A DNA stretch of 63,484 nucleotides, counting the filler, from Octopus bimaculoides (taxonomy: Eukaryota): the NCBI RefSeq assembly GCF_001194135.2. It is 5 parts of 5 records of this genome, joined end to end, with 100 filler letters (N's around TTAATTAATTAA, not from the genome) between each part and the next. Parts side by side here need not be neighbours in the genome. Positions count along the whole stretch, not along the records: positions 20,609 to 43,310 come from NC_068989.1; positions 43,411 to 58,955 come from NC_068987.1; 3 more parts are not named here. The stretch is one strand, 5' to 3'. The notes beneath the pieces were generated by a model. The model was not told where the DNA came from, searched no databases, and was given only the letters and a program-made list of their open reading frames with translations. Positions 36,805 to 49,977 of the stretch are shown here, piece by piece (the first letter of the stretch is position 1; each line of letters begins with the position of its first letter). Made by a program: the position numbers and the translations under genes.

Positions 36805-38125
36805 ATGTGAAAACCCGGAAAATACTAACTAGCACACATTATTTCCATATAAGCAGTGACATAGACTGCCTCAACCTAAAATGCAAACAAAGTGGCAGAG
36901 GCTTAACATCAATCCAAAATGCCTTTGTGTGTCGTATCATAACCTTTCTGCAACATCTTTTAACCACTAATTGTTGAAGTGAATCCCTTGACCAAGTTTA
37001 CATACATGAGGCTGATAACATCATAAAACTTGAAAGGCAGCTTCTTGAGCAGCATTCCTTGTCAGATAACCTTAAATACATGCCCAAAGAAGTTGCACGA
37101 CTCTACCCCAACGTATCATCAGATGAAACAAATGAGCATATATGAGCAGAAGCCCATGCATGGATATGTTAGTAGAAAGCTCAGAGATGACAGTAACATT
37201 GATCACTAACTGCATACCCACTTTGGAGGGTATGCATTTGCAATAAAGGAACAGGAAATATCAACCGAATACTTGATGCACAAAAGGGACAGGGATGCAA
37301 CAAAAGCAATAAAATGTGACAACTAGTTCAGACTTTGTGGAGTTAACACCAAAGATATTACCCATGTCATAAGCAGTTGTCTGAAGATGTCATCACTGGA
37401 TTATCTACTGATGAGACATGATGTTGTAGCTAGGACACTGTGTAACAAGATCTGTCAAAAGGATAACCCCCAAGGACAAAGAAATAAGAACTCACAGTAT
37501 GATGGAAGCTATAGCCACTCATAATAAAAAGGAGTACTGGTGGAGTGTTCCAGTGAAATCCTCAATAAAATGTAAACACAATAGACCTGATATAATGATT
37601 TGGGACAGAGAAGAGAAACTGTGTAGTTGTAGAAATCAGCTTCCCAGCAGATGTTAACATAAAGCTAAAGATCAGTGAAAAAGAGAGTACCTACACTGAA
37701 CTATTGAGAAATCTGCAGTTACTCTATCCAGATTACAAGTTCAGGTTTATACCTATAATTATTGGAGCACTGGGATATGTAACACACTGCCTAAATGCTA
37801 ATCTTGAGAAATATGGCTTCTCAAAAGCAGAAAGGAGCAAGCTGGTTCGAGGACTACAGATCCAATCCATCACTAGAACTGTAAAAATCTGTGAAACTTT
37901 TCAGAAGTTTATCATTTAAGTATATATGAGCATGTCAAGATATGCAACTATATGCATGAGAATACACACACTAAACAAAACATACAAATCTGCACATATA
38001 CATACATACATACAAAAATACCTTGATGTTGATGTTGAAATTTCAGTGAAGGAGCCTTGGATCTAGGTTAGAAACCAGCTCTTTCTGTATTGGCAAGAAA
38101 CCTTGAAATAAAACTGAATAATGAC
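36805..38125 (+). mobile_element. Second R4-like RLE non-LTR retrotransposon remnant, associated with (CATA)n
   Basis: KTRKILTSTHYFHISSDIDCLNLKCKQSGRGL, RLCGVNTKDITHVISSC, HNRPDIMIWD...EISFPAD, PIIIGALG, ends at TAA 37919; 3' UTR ends ATAAAACTGAATAATGAC followed by (ATAC)n; (CATA)n also upstream (36718-36785). Confidence 0.85.
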
Positions 38126-38191
38126 ATACATACATACAAACATACATGCATACATACATACATACATACATACATACATACATACATACAC

Positions 38192-38222
<31 letters not shown>

Positions 38223-38349
38223 TACATACACACACACATACATACATACATACATACATACATACATACATACGTACATACATGCATGCATACATACATA
38301 CATACATACATACATACATACATACATACATACATACATACATACATAC

Positions 38350-38460
38350 AAAGTACCCTATTGTTGATGTTGAAATTCCAATGAAAGAGCCTTGAGTCAA
38401 TGTTAGAAACCAGCTCTTTCTCTATTGGCAAGAAATCTTGAAATAAAACTGAATAATGAC
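38350..38460 (+). repeat. Duplicate of the LINE 3'-terminal ~110 bp
   Basis: TGTTGATGTTGAAATT...GTTAGAAACCAGCTCTTTCT..TATTGGCAAGAAA..TTGAAATAAAACTGAATAATGAC repeats ~38015-38124. Confidence 0.85.
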
Positions 38461-38711
38461 GTATATATAGTGTATTTTGCATATATAAATAAATGTATGG
38501 CTATTACTGTTAAGTTTAGAGCTTAGCAGAGATCATCATTGTCCAGTCTGCTCCCAGTATAGTGATTAAACAACTACTATACTTGGTACTATTACTAGTT
38601 ATTATATACATAGCAAATGTGGGAGAAATTATAACAAACACAGTTTATATCATTATTAGTTCCTACATATGTTTCACTATTGTGGTTCGTTGGGAACTTT
38701 GCCTTGAATGT

Positions 38712-38953
38712 TATCTTCTTGAATCATACAGACTCATAAGGGTCAGTTTTCCAGTTTCCATGGTGCATATATACCCCATCTGGATGGGACACCAGTTCAT
38801 CGCAGGATTACCCCTTTTTGCCAGCTGAGTAGACTGGAGCAACATAAAATGAAGTGTTTTGCTCAAGAATACAACACATTGCCCAGTCCAAGAATCAAAA
38901 CCACAATCTTGCGATCATGAGTCCAACACCCTAACCACTAAGCCATGCACCTC
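38712..38953 (-). mobile_element. tRNA-derived CORE-like SINE with a different 3' tail
   Basis: Minus: GGTGCATGGCTTAGTGGTTAGGG..., TTCTTGAGCAAAACACTT..GCTCCAGTCTACTCAGCTGGC, then CCTGCGATGAACTGGTGTCCCATCCAG. Confidence 0.7.
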
Positions 38954-40081
38954 AACACCACAATGGAAGGATCACCAGGGAATACTTTATTGCATTATGT
39001 TACAGAGAAATGTTTTAGTTCTCTGAAACTTGGAGGATCCGATGTAGAATTCCAAAATAACTACATTGGTGAAAAATAAGCAGAAACTAATAATAATGTA
39101 TACTTTTGTTTATCTTAATTTCTCCTGTACAAACACACACACAGACAGAAAGATAGATAGATAGATAGAGGTGTGTGTGTGTGTGTGTGTGCGTGTGTGT
39201 GTCTGTGTGTGTGTGTGTGTGTGAGTGTGTGTGTGTGTGTGTGTATGTGTGTGTATGTGTGTGTGTGTGTATGTGTGAATATATGTCTGTCTAGTTTATG
39301 CACAACACAGCATAGATCAAAAGAACAAATAAACTGTCTACAATCGCTTTGATCAAATGCTTGTCCAATCAGGTCTAGACAGGGCAAAACAACAACAGCT
39401 ACAACAACAGCAACAACAAAAGCTACATCAGACTTTCAAGATACATTGATATATTGGTGAAGTCCCTCATATTGGCATAAATTCTTAAATAAAATAAATA
39501 AAATAAAATAAAATAAAATAAATAAATAAGTTCTCCACTATCCAACAGTTCAACAACCTGTCAGTAGAAAAAATATATTTTCTTTACACTAAAAAATATA
39601 ATCAACTGGCCAAAAAAAAACCCACAAAAAATTGAGAAGACATAATTTGTCAGTTATATATTTATATAAAGTCCATCAAATGAAGATGTTGCTGTATTTG
39701 AGATGTATTTGAGATGTGTGATACAATGTTGTCCAGATTAACTCTGTATTGCTTACTCACTACTAAACAGATATCTTCATTTTTTTATTTTTTATTCTTG
39801 TTTATATATATATATTCTTGTATTCTAATATTCATATATAGAGTTTCTTGTTCTCTTTCTCCTTATTTATTTATTTATTTATTCATTCCAATATCATTTG
39901 ATGATATTGTTATATAATTCGTATTTGTCAGTTTCAATTCAGTTGAACTAAAAATGGTAAACACAATTATTTTTTTGTATATGTACACATACATACACAC
40001 ACATGTGCACATAGGCACACATATATATATATTAACATACATACATACACATACATACGTACATACATACACACATACATA

Positions 40082-40925
40082 CAAGGTGGTATCAAAGAGT
40101 TCCTGGACTAGTTATGTTCAATAAAAGGTAAATTATTTTATTCTTTTATTCTTTTACCTGTTTCAGTCATTTTACTGTGGCCATGCTTGAGCACCGCCTT
40201 TCGTCGAGAAAATTGACCACAGGATTTATTCCTTTTAAGCCTAGTGCTTATTCTATCAGTTTTTTATTCCGAACTGCTAAGTTATGGGGACGTAAACACA
40301 CCAGCATTGGTTGTCAAGTGATGTTGTGGGGGACAAACACATACACACACAGACATGTTTTAACATCATCTCCTTGGAAATAGTCATCTTGCACAGTGTT
40401 CCTTCTACTTTTGGAATTTGGCCTGAAAGTCATTTTCCATGAGTTAAGGACCTTCTGCAATTTGCTCTTGATCTCGACAATGGTGTTAAAATGGTGACGT
40501 TTGGGCTGCATTTTCATCTTGGGGAAGAAATAGAAGTCTACAGGTGCTAAATTTGGTGAACAGAACGGGTGCAGAAGCAATATCATGTTGTTTTTTATGA
40601 GAAACTCATGAGTAAGGAGAGCTTGGTGACAGGGTGCATTGTCATCATAAAGAATCCAATTCTTTGCATTCCACACAAATCTGATTGCTTTCATCGAAAG
40701 TTCTCTCTCAAACGCTTTAAAATATCACTGTAGAACTCTCGATTGATGGTCTGGCCCTGGGGAACAAATTCTCAATTCACAATACTGTGGATGTCAGCAA
40801 AAATGATGAGCAGCCTCTTAACTGAGCTGTGACTCTGTCATGCCTTTTGAAGCGTCTGTGCCACTCAAGGCATTGTATATGACCCATTGAACCATCGCTG
40901 TAAACTTGCCAAAGCATGCTCTCAT
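40082..40925 (-). mobile_element. Internally deleted mariner (DD34D) with right TIR, interrupted by a SINE fragment
   Basis: TA|CAAGGTGGTATCAAAGAGTTCCTGGACTAG TIR; minus translations QCLEWHRRFK, EFVPQGQTINREFY, WILYDDNAPCH...HPFCSPNLAPVDFYFFPKMK, QDDYFQGD. Confidence 0.88.
40135..40352 (-). mobile_element. SINE family A 3' half nested in mariner
   Basis: TCTTT tail and body match. Confidence 0.78.
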
Positions 40926-40949
40926 TTTAACAGATATATTTACCAAAAT

Positions 40950-41580
40950 TACATAAAAATAACTTGAAATACTAAAGAGTAAATTTATTCAATAAAATCA
41001 CCATTGGCTTCAACCATGTCCTCCAGATGACTTCAAACTTTCCTGCAACTCTGATGGATGGTTTCCTTGTTTAAGTTGGTGAATGCTGCCATAATCCTTG
41101 CCTTCAGTTCATCTTTGGTGTTACAAGGAGTTTTGTTAGTCTCTCACTGAACTGTACCCCACACATAATAATCAAGGGTGTTGCAGTGTGGGGAGCTAGG
41201 TGGCCAGATGTTAGGGGTGATGTGGTCACAGAAATTGTCTGACAGCCATGACTGGGTTCTCCTCCTTGTGTGGAATGGAGCAGAATCCTGTTACCAGACA
41301 GAGGGCCTTCCAGCAGCCACCCTCTTGACTAAGGGCAGCACTACCTTCTCCAGGCACTTGATGTAGGCTTCTCTGTTGAGTAGAAGGCCGTGCAGGAAGA
41401 TGAATGGAGGCACAACGTCACCATCACTAAAGATCATTACTCCGAACACCATGATGTTGACTGGATATTTGATTTTGATCTCTCTTGGTACATGTTTTGG
41501 GGACACGGCAAACACTCAGATTGACACCCAAACACTCTGAAATGTTCATATTGGAGCTTCCATCACAACATCTTGATTCT
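40950..41580 (-). mobile_element. DD37D (maT-like) transposase remnant
   Basis: IMVFGVMIFSDGDVVPPFIF...AYIKCLEKVVLP...W*QDSAPFH...WPPSSPHCNTLDYYVWG. Confidence 0.82.
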
Positions 41581-42803
41581 CTCTAGCACGTTGCTTAGCA
41601 ATCCAAAAATATCTCATGCCGCTCATCTTCAATTTGAAGAATACACGAAAACTTCTTTCTTTCTGCTTCTGGGTTTAGATTTCATTCTAGCCATTTGAAT
41701 TTTAATCTCCTGCCTCTCTTTCTTCCAATCAGTCCAAACCTATCTCTGAGCTCTGATGGATTTATTCAAACCACCACGACCACCACCACCAACAACAACA
41801 CCATATGATCTTATGCCAACCACAGGACTGTGTTGTAGGCCTCCACAGGCTGGAATAAGGACATGTTCAGCTTTTTATTATATTATGAGTCTCTATTTCC
41901 TTCTCTTTTCCAACATAAGCATTGACATAACTTTTTAGAATCTAAACCTGGACAAGGACTCTTTTAGCTTCCATTGTCATTTGTTTCTGAGTCCTTCAAG
42001 CTCTTCTTCCAAAGTCATGTGAAGACCTATAACCTTTATGACCATTTACCAATCTTACTTCATGGTTAGAATAAAATCCAGCTCACATGTGTGTTTGCCT
42101 GATTAGTAAGTCATCAGGTGACTGGCTGATGTGTGTGTGTGTGTATGTGTGTGTGAGTGTGTATGAGTGGGGGTATGCTTATAAGCAGCCCCCTCCCACA
42201 TCATTCTTAGGAGAAGTGACGGGTCATGTTCAAGCATATATACACACACACATATATATACACACACGCACACACACATATACAAAGAGAGAGAGAGATA
42301 GTTAGATTTACACATATTCATATATATATATATACATACATGTCAGTGTGTGCAAAGTTCTGTTTTCTTGTTTATATGTTTAATATGGCTTTTGACCACA
42401 TTATAGTAAATTGATAATTGATTATCAATAGAGATATTTTAAATGTAATTACATGTATGCATATAATGTTGATTGACCTAAATTTATTGTCGGTTCCAGC
42501 TTATTTGGCTCAGCATCAAACATGAACTATATTATTCTACAGAGATTTTCATATTTGTGCAGAAATGAAAACATTGATAAATGGAATATAAAACAAAATT
42601 ATGGATTTTAGTCCATCATTGAAAATATGAATTAATTATTTATTTAACAATTTCTTAAAGGTTACTCCAAAATAGCAATCCATTAATTGTTAGTCTTCAC
42701 CACAACAAGTGTAACCTACTCATACCCAATATGTTGTGTGTGTATGTGAGTGTGGGTGTGTGTATGCGTGTGTTTGTGTCTGTGTGTGTGTGTGTATGTA
42801 TAT

Positions 42804-43225
42804 AGGCATAGGAGTGACTGTGGTAAGTAGCTTGCTTACAAACCACATGAGTCCAGGTTAAGTCACACTGTGTGGCACCTTGGGCAAGTGTCTTCTACTA
42901 TAGCCTCGGGCCAACCAAAGCTTTGTGACTGGATTTAGTAGATGGAAACTGAAAGAAGCCTGTCATATATATTTATATATATATATATATGTGAGTGTGT
43001 AAGTGTGTGTGTGTTTGTGCATGTCTGCGTTTGTACCGCCAACATCGCTTGGCAACTGATGCTGATGTGTTTACGTCCCTGTAACTTAGCAGTTCGGCAA
43101 AAATGTCCAATAGAATAGCTACTAGGCTTACAAAGAATAAGTCCTGGGGTTGAGTTGCTCAACTAAAGGTGGTGCTCCATCATGGCCACAGTCAAATGAC
43201 TGAAACAAATGAAAGAATAAAAGAA
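42804..43225 (+). mobile_element. SINE family A, full length
   Basis: AGGCATAGGAGTGACTGTGG head through (GAATAAAA) tail. Confidence 0.85.
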
Positions 43226-43255
43226 TATGTATATATATATGTATATATTTATATA

Positions 43256-43310
<55 letters not shown>

Positions 43311-43410
43311 NNNNNNNNNNNNNNNNNNNNNNNNNNNNNNNNNNNNNNNNNNNNTTAATTAATTAANNNNNNNNNNNNNNNNNNNNNNNNNNNNNNNNNN
43401 NNNNNNNNNN
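43311..43410. other. Synthetic scaffold linker
   Basis: 44N-TTAATTAATTAA-44N. Confidence 0.92.
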
Positions 43411-43598
43411 GGTGGTGGTGGTGAGGAAGTCGGGTGATGATGATTACGGTGATGATTTTCTTTACCCACAAAAGTTATTATTAATTACTTAGAAAAGGAG
43501 GAGCAGGAACTATGACTCCTGTTGGCCGCACAGACAGACGACATTGATACGGTTGATATTCAGTTTGAATTCATGTAAGACGGCGCCTGTGAAAATGA

Positions 43599-43639
<41 letters not shown>

Positions 43640-43914
43640 GGCAAGGAGTAAATGCTTAAGGATGTATATCTGAGAAATGGAGTATGAGGATGAGACACAG
43701 TAAGAGATGAGGAAAAGTGTATGCATTGAACGATTCAGAGCAAACACCAGCGCTGATCAAACAGATCTCATCGAAAGTATTGCAGTAATCATCATCCCAT
43801 TTTTTTGTGTTGGATGTAGGATTATATTCCTCAATATGTCTTTTCTTTTTCTTTTTTTTTCGTTAATTTAAATTGGAACAGAATGATTTGGGGGAATATG
43901 AGATATTCTTGCGC

Positions 43915-44140
43915 TGCTGTTTTGACGCCGCTCATTTGACGTCACTGATTCGATGCTGACTTATGTGACATCAGACTTTAAATGTCTTTCTCGTTCTCCC
44001 TTCTCACTCACTCACTCACTCGCTCACTCACTCACCCACTCACTCACTCACTCACTCTCTATCTCTATCTCTGTTCCTGTATATGAACATATTTCTTTTT
44101 ATGTTTGAGGAGAGGAAAAGTTGACATAGACGTCAAACGG
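43915..44140. promoter_or_regulatory. Cluster of CRE/ATF-like sites
   Basis: Perfect TGACGTCA 43937-43944, TGACG at 43923, TGACATCA at ~43966, AGACGTCA 44128-44135, in non-repetitive DNA. Confidence 0.4.
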
Positions 44141-44214
44141 CTTCACTAATAAATTATAGTATCTCTTTTTCAATGTTCTTCCTCCATCTGTTTTTGTCTG
44201 TATGTCTACCTGTT

Positions 44215-44293
<79 letters not shown>

Positions 44294-44419
44294 TTCTCTC
44301 TTTAACTCTCTCTCTCTCTCTTTATCTCTTTATCTCTCTGTTTGAGTGTGTGTGTGTTTGCACGCGCGCGTACAGTGATTGCTTCCAGCGCTAATAATTA
44401 CTGTCATCAGAACAGCCCG

Positions 44420-44616
44420 AGTGTCAGTCATCCGTACCAGATCGTAGGCGTCCAAACAGCTGCGCTCAGTCCGAGTGATTTTAGAAAGTGTTGTCTGTTA
44501 TTTCTAGCAAGCTGAGCCACCATACAACAACTCGCAAAGGTGTTGTATTTCCACTAAAATAAGCAGAGAAAAAATACAGCACGCCTGAGTCCAGCAGTTC
44601 TAGTATTTTGGTGAGT
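44420..44616 (+). promoter_or_regulatory. Candidate TSS and non-coding first exon
   Basis: Inr-like TCAGTC at 44424 and 44466 downstream of a (CT)n tract, CpG-enriched unique sequence, donor G|GTGAGT at 44610/44611. Confidence 0.35.
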
Positions 44617-45070
44617 CGATTAGCTAACATATCGTTTCCTTTGAAAGAAGTAATCTAGGATATTATATTTATAACAGCACCATACTAAAGCAAATTCTGG
44701 TCCTGTTGGAAGCCCAGCCTCTAAGGAATAGGTTTAGCTGTGTAATATATAAGAGTATGCCAAAACAGATCATGACACCATGAAAGACTGAAGGCTTAGC
44801 TTTTGTAATCTCTGTGGAGATTTTAATGTTTATGCTGATTAATACGCTAAGAGGGAATATTAGAATAGTTCTTAATTTGGGCGATAGCGCTCCCTTGGAG
44901 ACGTTCGGAGCTCACAAAGCAACTGCATATGTCAAACATCCAGAGGTCACAGGTGTGGTGGTGGTGAGGATCACTGGGTGTTTCAGGAAATCGTGGTTTT
45001 TCTTCATTTAAATAAGGCACATTTTCAAAAGATATTTTTCGGGATTAAGCAATAATTTACACATAACATT

Positions 45071-45452
45071 TTGTTGTTGGCACTCCGTCGCTTACGACGT
45101 CGGTTCCACTTGATCCGATCAACGGAACAGCCTGCTCGTGAAATTAACGTGCAAGTGGTTGAGCACTCCACAGACACGTGTACCCTTAACGTAGTTCTCG
45201 GGGATATTCAGCGTGACACAGTGTGACAAGGCTGACCCTTTGAATTACAGGTACAACAGAAACAGGAAGAAAGAGTGAGAGAAAGTTGTGGAGAAAGAGT
45301 ACAGCAGGGTTCACCACCATCTCCTGCCGGAGCCTCGTGGAGCTTTAGGTGTTTTCGCTCAATAAGCACTTACAACGCCCGGTCTGGGAATCGAAACTGC
45401 GATCCTATGACCGCGAGTCCGCTGCCCTAACCACTGGGCCATTGCGCCTCCA
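45071..45452 (-). mobile_element. tRNA-derived SINE family B, full length
   Basis: Minus: GGAGGCGCAATGGCCCAGTGGTTAGGGCAGCGGACTCGCGGTCATAGGATCGCAGTTTCGATTCCC ... GACGGAGTGCCAACAACAA. Confidence 0.88.
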
Positions 45453-45519
45453 CAACACATAATATAATCAGTGATAAAATAATAGGTTCCAGTATAATTT
45501 TGATACTTAAAACTTTAAT

Positions 45520-46241
45520 AATTTTCACAAAAATTTGACATAACGTGCAATAATTGATGCTGATATCTACAGTGGGACACTGCAACTTTTCTGGACTGTC
45601 TCCTTGCTTAACTTGGTGAACGTTGCCATAATGCTTCTCTCCAGTTTATCTTTGATGTTACAAGGAGTTTGTTTGTCTCCCGCCCAACTACGCCCCACAC
45701 ATAATAACGAAGGAGTTGCAGTCTGGGGAGTTAGCTGGTTAGATGTTAGGGGTGATGTGGTCGCAGCCGTTCTCTGACAGCCATGGCTGTCTTCTCTTGC
45801 TTGTGTGGCATGGTGCAGAGTACTGTTGCCAGAGATAGGGTCTTCTAGCAGCCACCCTCTTGACCCAGGGCAGCACTACCTCCTCCAGGCACTTAATATA
45901 GGCCTCCGTGTTGAGAAGATGAATGTAGGCATAACGTCGTCATCACTAGTGGTCACTCCAAACACCATGATGTTGACTGGATGTTTCATTTTTATCATTC
46001 TCAGTACATGTCCTTAGATTGGCACCCAAATACTCTTATTGTTCGTATTGGAGCTTCTGGCGCGAATAGCAAGTAGTACAGCATGTCGTTTCCAAATTTC
46101 TAGGAGAGTGAAATGGTGCTGTTTTTCTCACTGGCCGTGCCCAACTGACCCTACTATACTGTGTAGTCGATAAAATTAAAAACAAACAATACGCATGCAT
46201 GAAATTAAAAATATAAAATGGCAATAATTTACCCATCGCAT

Positions 46242-46245
<4 letters not shown>
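45520..46245 (-). mobile_element. DD37D (maT-like) internally deleted element with 5' TIR
   Basis: Same family as 40950-41580 (shared ATATTGGAGCTTC and QQDS...CDHITPNI motifs); terminus CAGGATGCGATGGGTAAATT at 46245. Confidence 0.78.
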
Positions 46246-46313
<68 letters not shown>

Positions 46314-46524
46314 CGTGTGTGTGTTTTTGTGTATATGCATACACATAATAATCTCTCTCCATATCGCGGTTCACCTATCGCAGTTTATAATTTTAGCTTA
46401 CGTCGATTCCTTCGTGGAGTTGTTTTGCATTTATAATAAAATAAATATATACAAATTATAAAAATAATTTTAAAAAATGTACAGTACTGTTTCTACTTCG
46501 TGGATTTTCACCTATCGCGCAGGG

Positions 46525-46798
46525 TTTGAGTGGATTTGGTTGGCGGAAACTGAAAGAAGTACATCATGTACATGTGTTAACATCAATGCATGCGATTCCC
46601 CCTTCAACCACTGCTTGACAAATGGTGTTGATTTATTTATGTCCCCATAACCTTGCAGTTCGGCCTAAGAGATAGATAGAATAAGTACCAGGCTTTAAAA
46701 GAATGAGTACTTGGGTCGATCTGTTCAACTTAAACTCTTCAAGGCGGGACTCCAGTATGGCCTCAACGCAATGACTGAAACAAGTGAAAGATAAAAGT
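46525..46798 (+). mobile_element. SINE family A, diverged 3' part
   Basis: GAGTGGATTTGG..GGAAACTGAAAGAAG ... GATAGAATAAGTACCAGGC ... ATGACTGAAACAAGT. Confidence 0.68.
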
Positions 46799-46960
46799 TA
46801 TATAAAACAAGTGCATTATTTTCTTTGCGCACCTAGCTACATCCATGCCACTCAAGTGTGCGACGGTGCGGAGTTTACGAACCACTGTCTTCAGGAAACT
46901 GATCTTTCAAACACCTTCTTTCTTAAGTTTCGTTTTTCTTTCAATATTCTGCTCGTTCTA

Positions 46961-47558
46961 AGGCATCGAGCTGGCAGAAACGTTAGCACGCTAGGCGAAA
47001 TGCTTAGCGGTATTTCGTCTGCCGTTACGTTCTGAGTTCAAATTCCGCCGAGGTCAACTTTGCCTTTCACGCACTGGGGCTGATGTAATCGATTTAATCC
47101 CTTTGTTTGTCCTTGTTTGTCCCCTCTATGTTTAGCCCCTTGTGGGCAATAAAGAAATAAGAAACGTTAGCACGCCGGGTAAAATGCTTAGCGGTATTTC
47201 GTCTGTCTTTACGATCTGAGTTCAAATTCTGCCGTGGTCGACTTTGTCTTTCTTCCTTTCGGGGTCAATAAATTAAAAAATACCAGTTGCGTACTGGCAT
47301 CGATCTAATCGACTGGCCCCCTCCCCCAATATTTCGGGCCTTCTGCTTAGAATAGGAAAGAATCGTTGGCACGCCTGACAGAATGCTTAGTAGAATTTCT
47401 TGTCTTTATTTTTGATGTGAGTTCAAATTCCGCCGAGGTCCACTTTGCCTTCCATCCTTTTGGAGTCGATAAAATAAATACCATTTGAACACTGGGCGTC
47501 AATATAATCGACATATCCCACCCCGAAATTGCTGGTTTTGTGCTAGAATTTAAATCTA
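46961..47558 (+). mobile_element. Head-to-tail trimer of SINE family D
   Basis: Units 46961-47160, 47161-47357 and 47358-47558. Confidence 0.85.
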
Positions 47559-48157
47559 ATATTTTACTTGTTCTAGTTTTTAAAAAAATCTGCTGTTACC
47601 ACTGCACTTCGGCGGTTCTTTATCTAAATAATCTTTTCTGTGAAACACTGGGAGAAGAAAATGAATTATAAAACTTTGTTTATATAACTCGGGATAAAAA
47701 CAAAACCCACTTGTTAAACAAGCTAACTAGGCGACAAGCAACTGTGTGACATGATAAATGAGCGACAACTAATCTTGTTATGCAGATGGAACAAAATTAT
47801 ATCCCACGCTCTTTAATGGAATCTGACCAGTGTCCTTGAATTCTAGATAGCACGGAAGTGCCTTCTTTATTCTTTACATTTCTTTTTATTTCTACCTTGT
47901 TTCCTTGCGTGTGTTCAGCCTGATAATTTGATGGTCAATGTTAACATGAAATATAGCAACCCACCCCCAACTTCTCCCTCTCTCTCTTCAATCATCCCCT
48001 ATATCTATATATACATACACACATATTCCTGTGTGTTTGTAATAACAAGGCTTACTGATACAAAATAAGAATTAAGTGCTGAATATATTTACAAGCACGC
48101 ACACACACATACATGCATGCGTGTGTATATGTCGCTCTCTCTCTCTCTCTCTCTCTC

Positions 48158-48220
<63 letters not shown>

Positions 48221-49325
48221 NNNNNNNNNNNNNNNNNNNNNNNNNNNNNNNNNNNNNNNNNNNNNNNNNNNNNNNNNNNNNNNNNNNNNNNNNNNNNNNN
48301 NNNNNNNNNNNNNNNNNNNNNNNNNNNNNNNNNNNNNNNNNNNNNNNNNNNNNNNNNNNNNNNNNNNNNNNNNNNNNNNNNNNNNNNNNNNNNNNNNNNN
48401 NNNNNNNNNNNNNNNNNNNNNNNNNNNNNNNNNNNNNNNNNNNNNNNNNNNNNNNNNNNNNNNNNNNNNNNNNNNNNNNNNNNNNNNNNNNNNNNNNNNN
48501 NNNNNNNNNNNNNNNNNNNNNNNNNNNNNNNNNNNNNNNNNNNNNNNNNNNNNNNNNNNNNNNNNNNNNNNNNNNNNNNNNNNNNNNNNNNNNNNNNNNN
48601 NNNNNNNNNNNNNNNNNNNNNNNNNNNNNNNNNNNNNNNNNNNNNNNNNTATATATATATATATATATATATACACACGATGGGTGTATGGAAAGTTTTG
48701 AGCCTTCATGGCCTTTGAGCCTTGAAGTCTTGTACCATGTTTTTTTGGGGTTTTTTTTTTTTTGAGGCTCAAGACTTTTCATACACTCCTCGTATATATA
48801 TATATATATATATATATACACAAATACACACACGCTGGGTACTGTCTATTGCTACCATAAACACATGCTCTGCTTCTACCTCTTTCCCTTGACTCTTCTC
48901 TGTCACCTACCCCTATACCCTTTCCTCTCCATCGTCACCTAACATCCGCCATTTTATTTGATTATTTTATTAACATGTCTTCTTCATCGAGCTAAGGCAT
49001 AGTATCTCCTAAAACGGAATTTTCCCATGCGTTCGTTGACTGGTTGCTCACATGTGATAATTATTAAAATTGCTATGAAATGTATTGTAGACTTAATATA
49101 GTTAAAGTCGCTTCATTAATTGTTCGTGTTGATTTTGTTTGTTATTTTTGTGTTGCTTTTATAGATGTTAATATTCTTGTTGTCATTGCTGTTAGCGTTA
49201 CTGTTTTTTTTTTCATGTTGTCATTATTTATATATATTTTTTTGGCATGTTGTCATAATTTATGATATTATTCGTGTTATCATTTACTCGTATTACTATT
49301 CATGTTATTATTATTATTATAATTT

Positions 49326-49562
49326 AGGGCAGCGAGCTGGCAGAATCGTTAGCGAAACCGGGAGGAATATTTAGCGGTATTCTGCCCTTTGCTTCATTCT
49401 GAGTTCAAGTTCCGCCGAAGTCGACTTTGCTATTCATCCTTTCGGGGTCAATTAAATAAGTATCAGTTACGCGCTGGGATCGAAGTAATCGACTTAATAT
49501 CTTCCCCCTAATTTCAGGCCTTGTGCCTACAGTAAAAAGGTTTATTATTATTATTATTATTA
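49326..49562 (+). mobile_element. SINE family D with (ATT)n tail
   Basis: AGGGCAGCGAGCTGGCAGAATCGTTAGC ... GAGTTCAAGTTCC ... GTCGACTTTGC. Confidence 0.82.
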
Positions 49563-49569
49563 TATGTTT

Positions 49570-49939
49570 GACTTTTTCTTTACGTTTGTACAAGTTGGCT
49601 CCAAGTCTCACCCAGAGACCTCAAGTTAAAAGTTGATGTTGGTGTTGTGCCATATATTTGGTTTTGTACTTAGTGTTGTTCTAGAGAATACCCTTACTCT
49701 TTGTACTCTTTTACTTGTTTCAGTCATTTGACAGCAGCCATGCTGGAGCACCGCCTTTAGTCGAGCAAATCGACTCCAGGTCTTATTCTTTGTAAGCCTA
49801 GTACTTATTCTATCGGTTTCTTTTGCCGAACCGTTAAGTTACGGGGACGTAAACACACCAGCATCGGTTGTCAAGCGATGTTGGGGGACAAACACAGACA
49901 CACAAACATATACACAAACACACACACACACACACACAC

Positions 49940-49977
<38 letters not shown>

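Noticed and set aside
44370-44412. Minus-strand CTGATGA-CAG...CTG-GAAG as a hammerhead
   Set aside because: GAAG instead of GAAA, no NUH triplet and no stem I partner.
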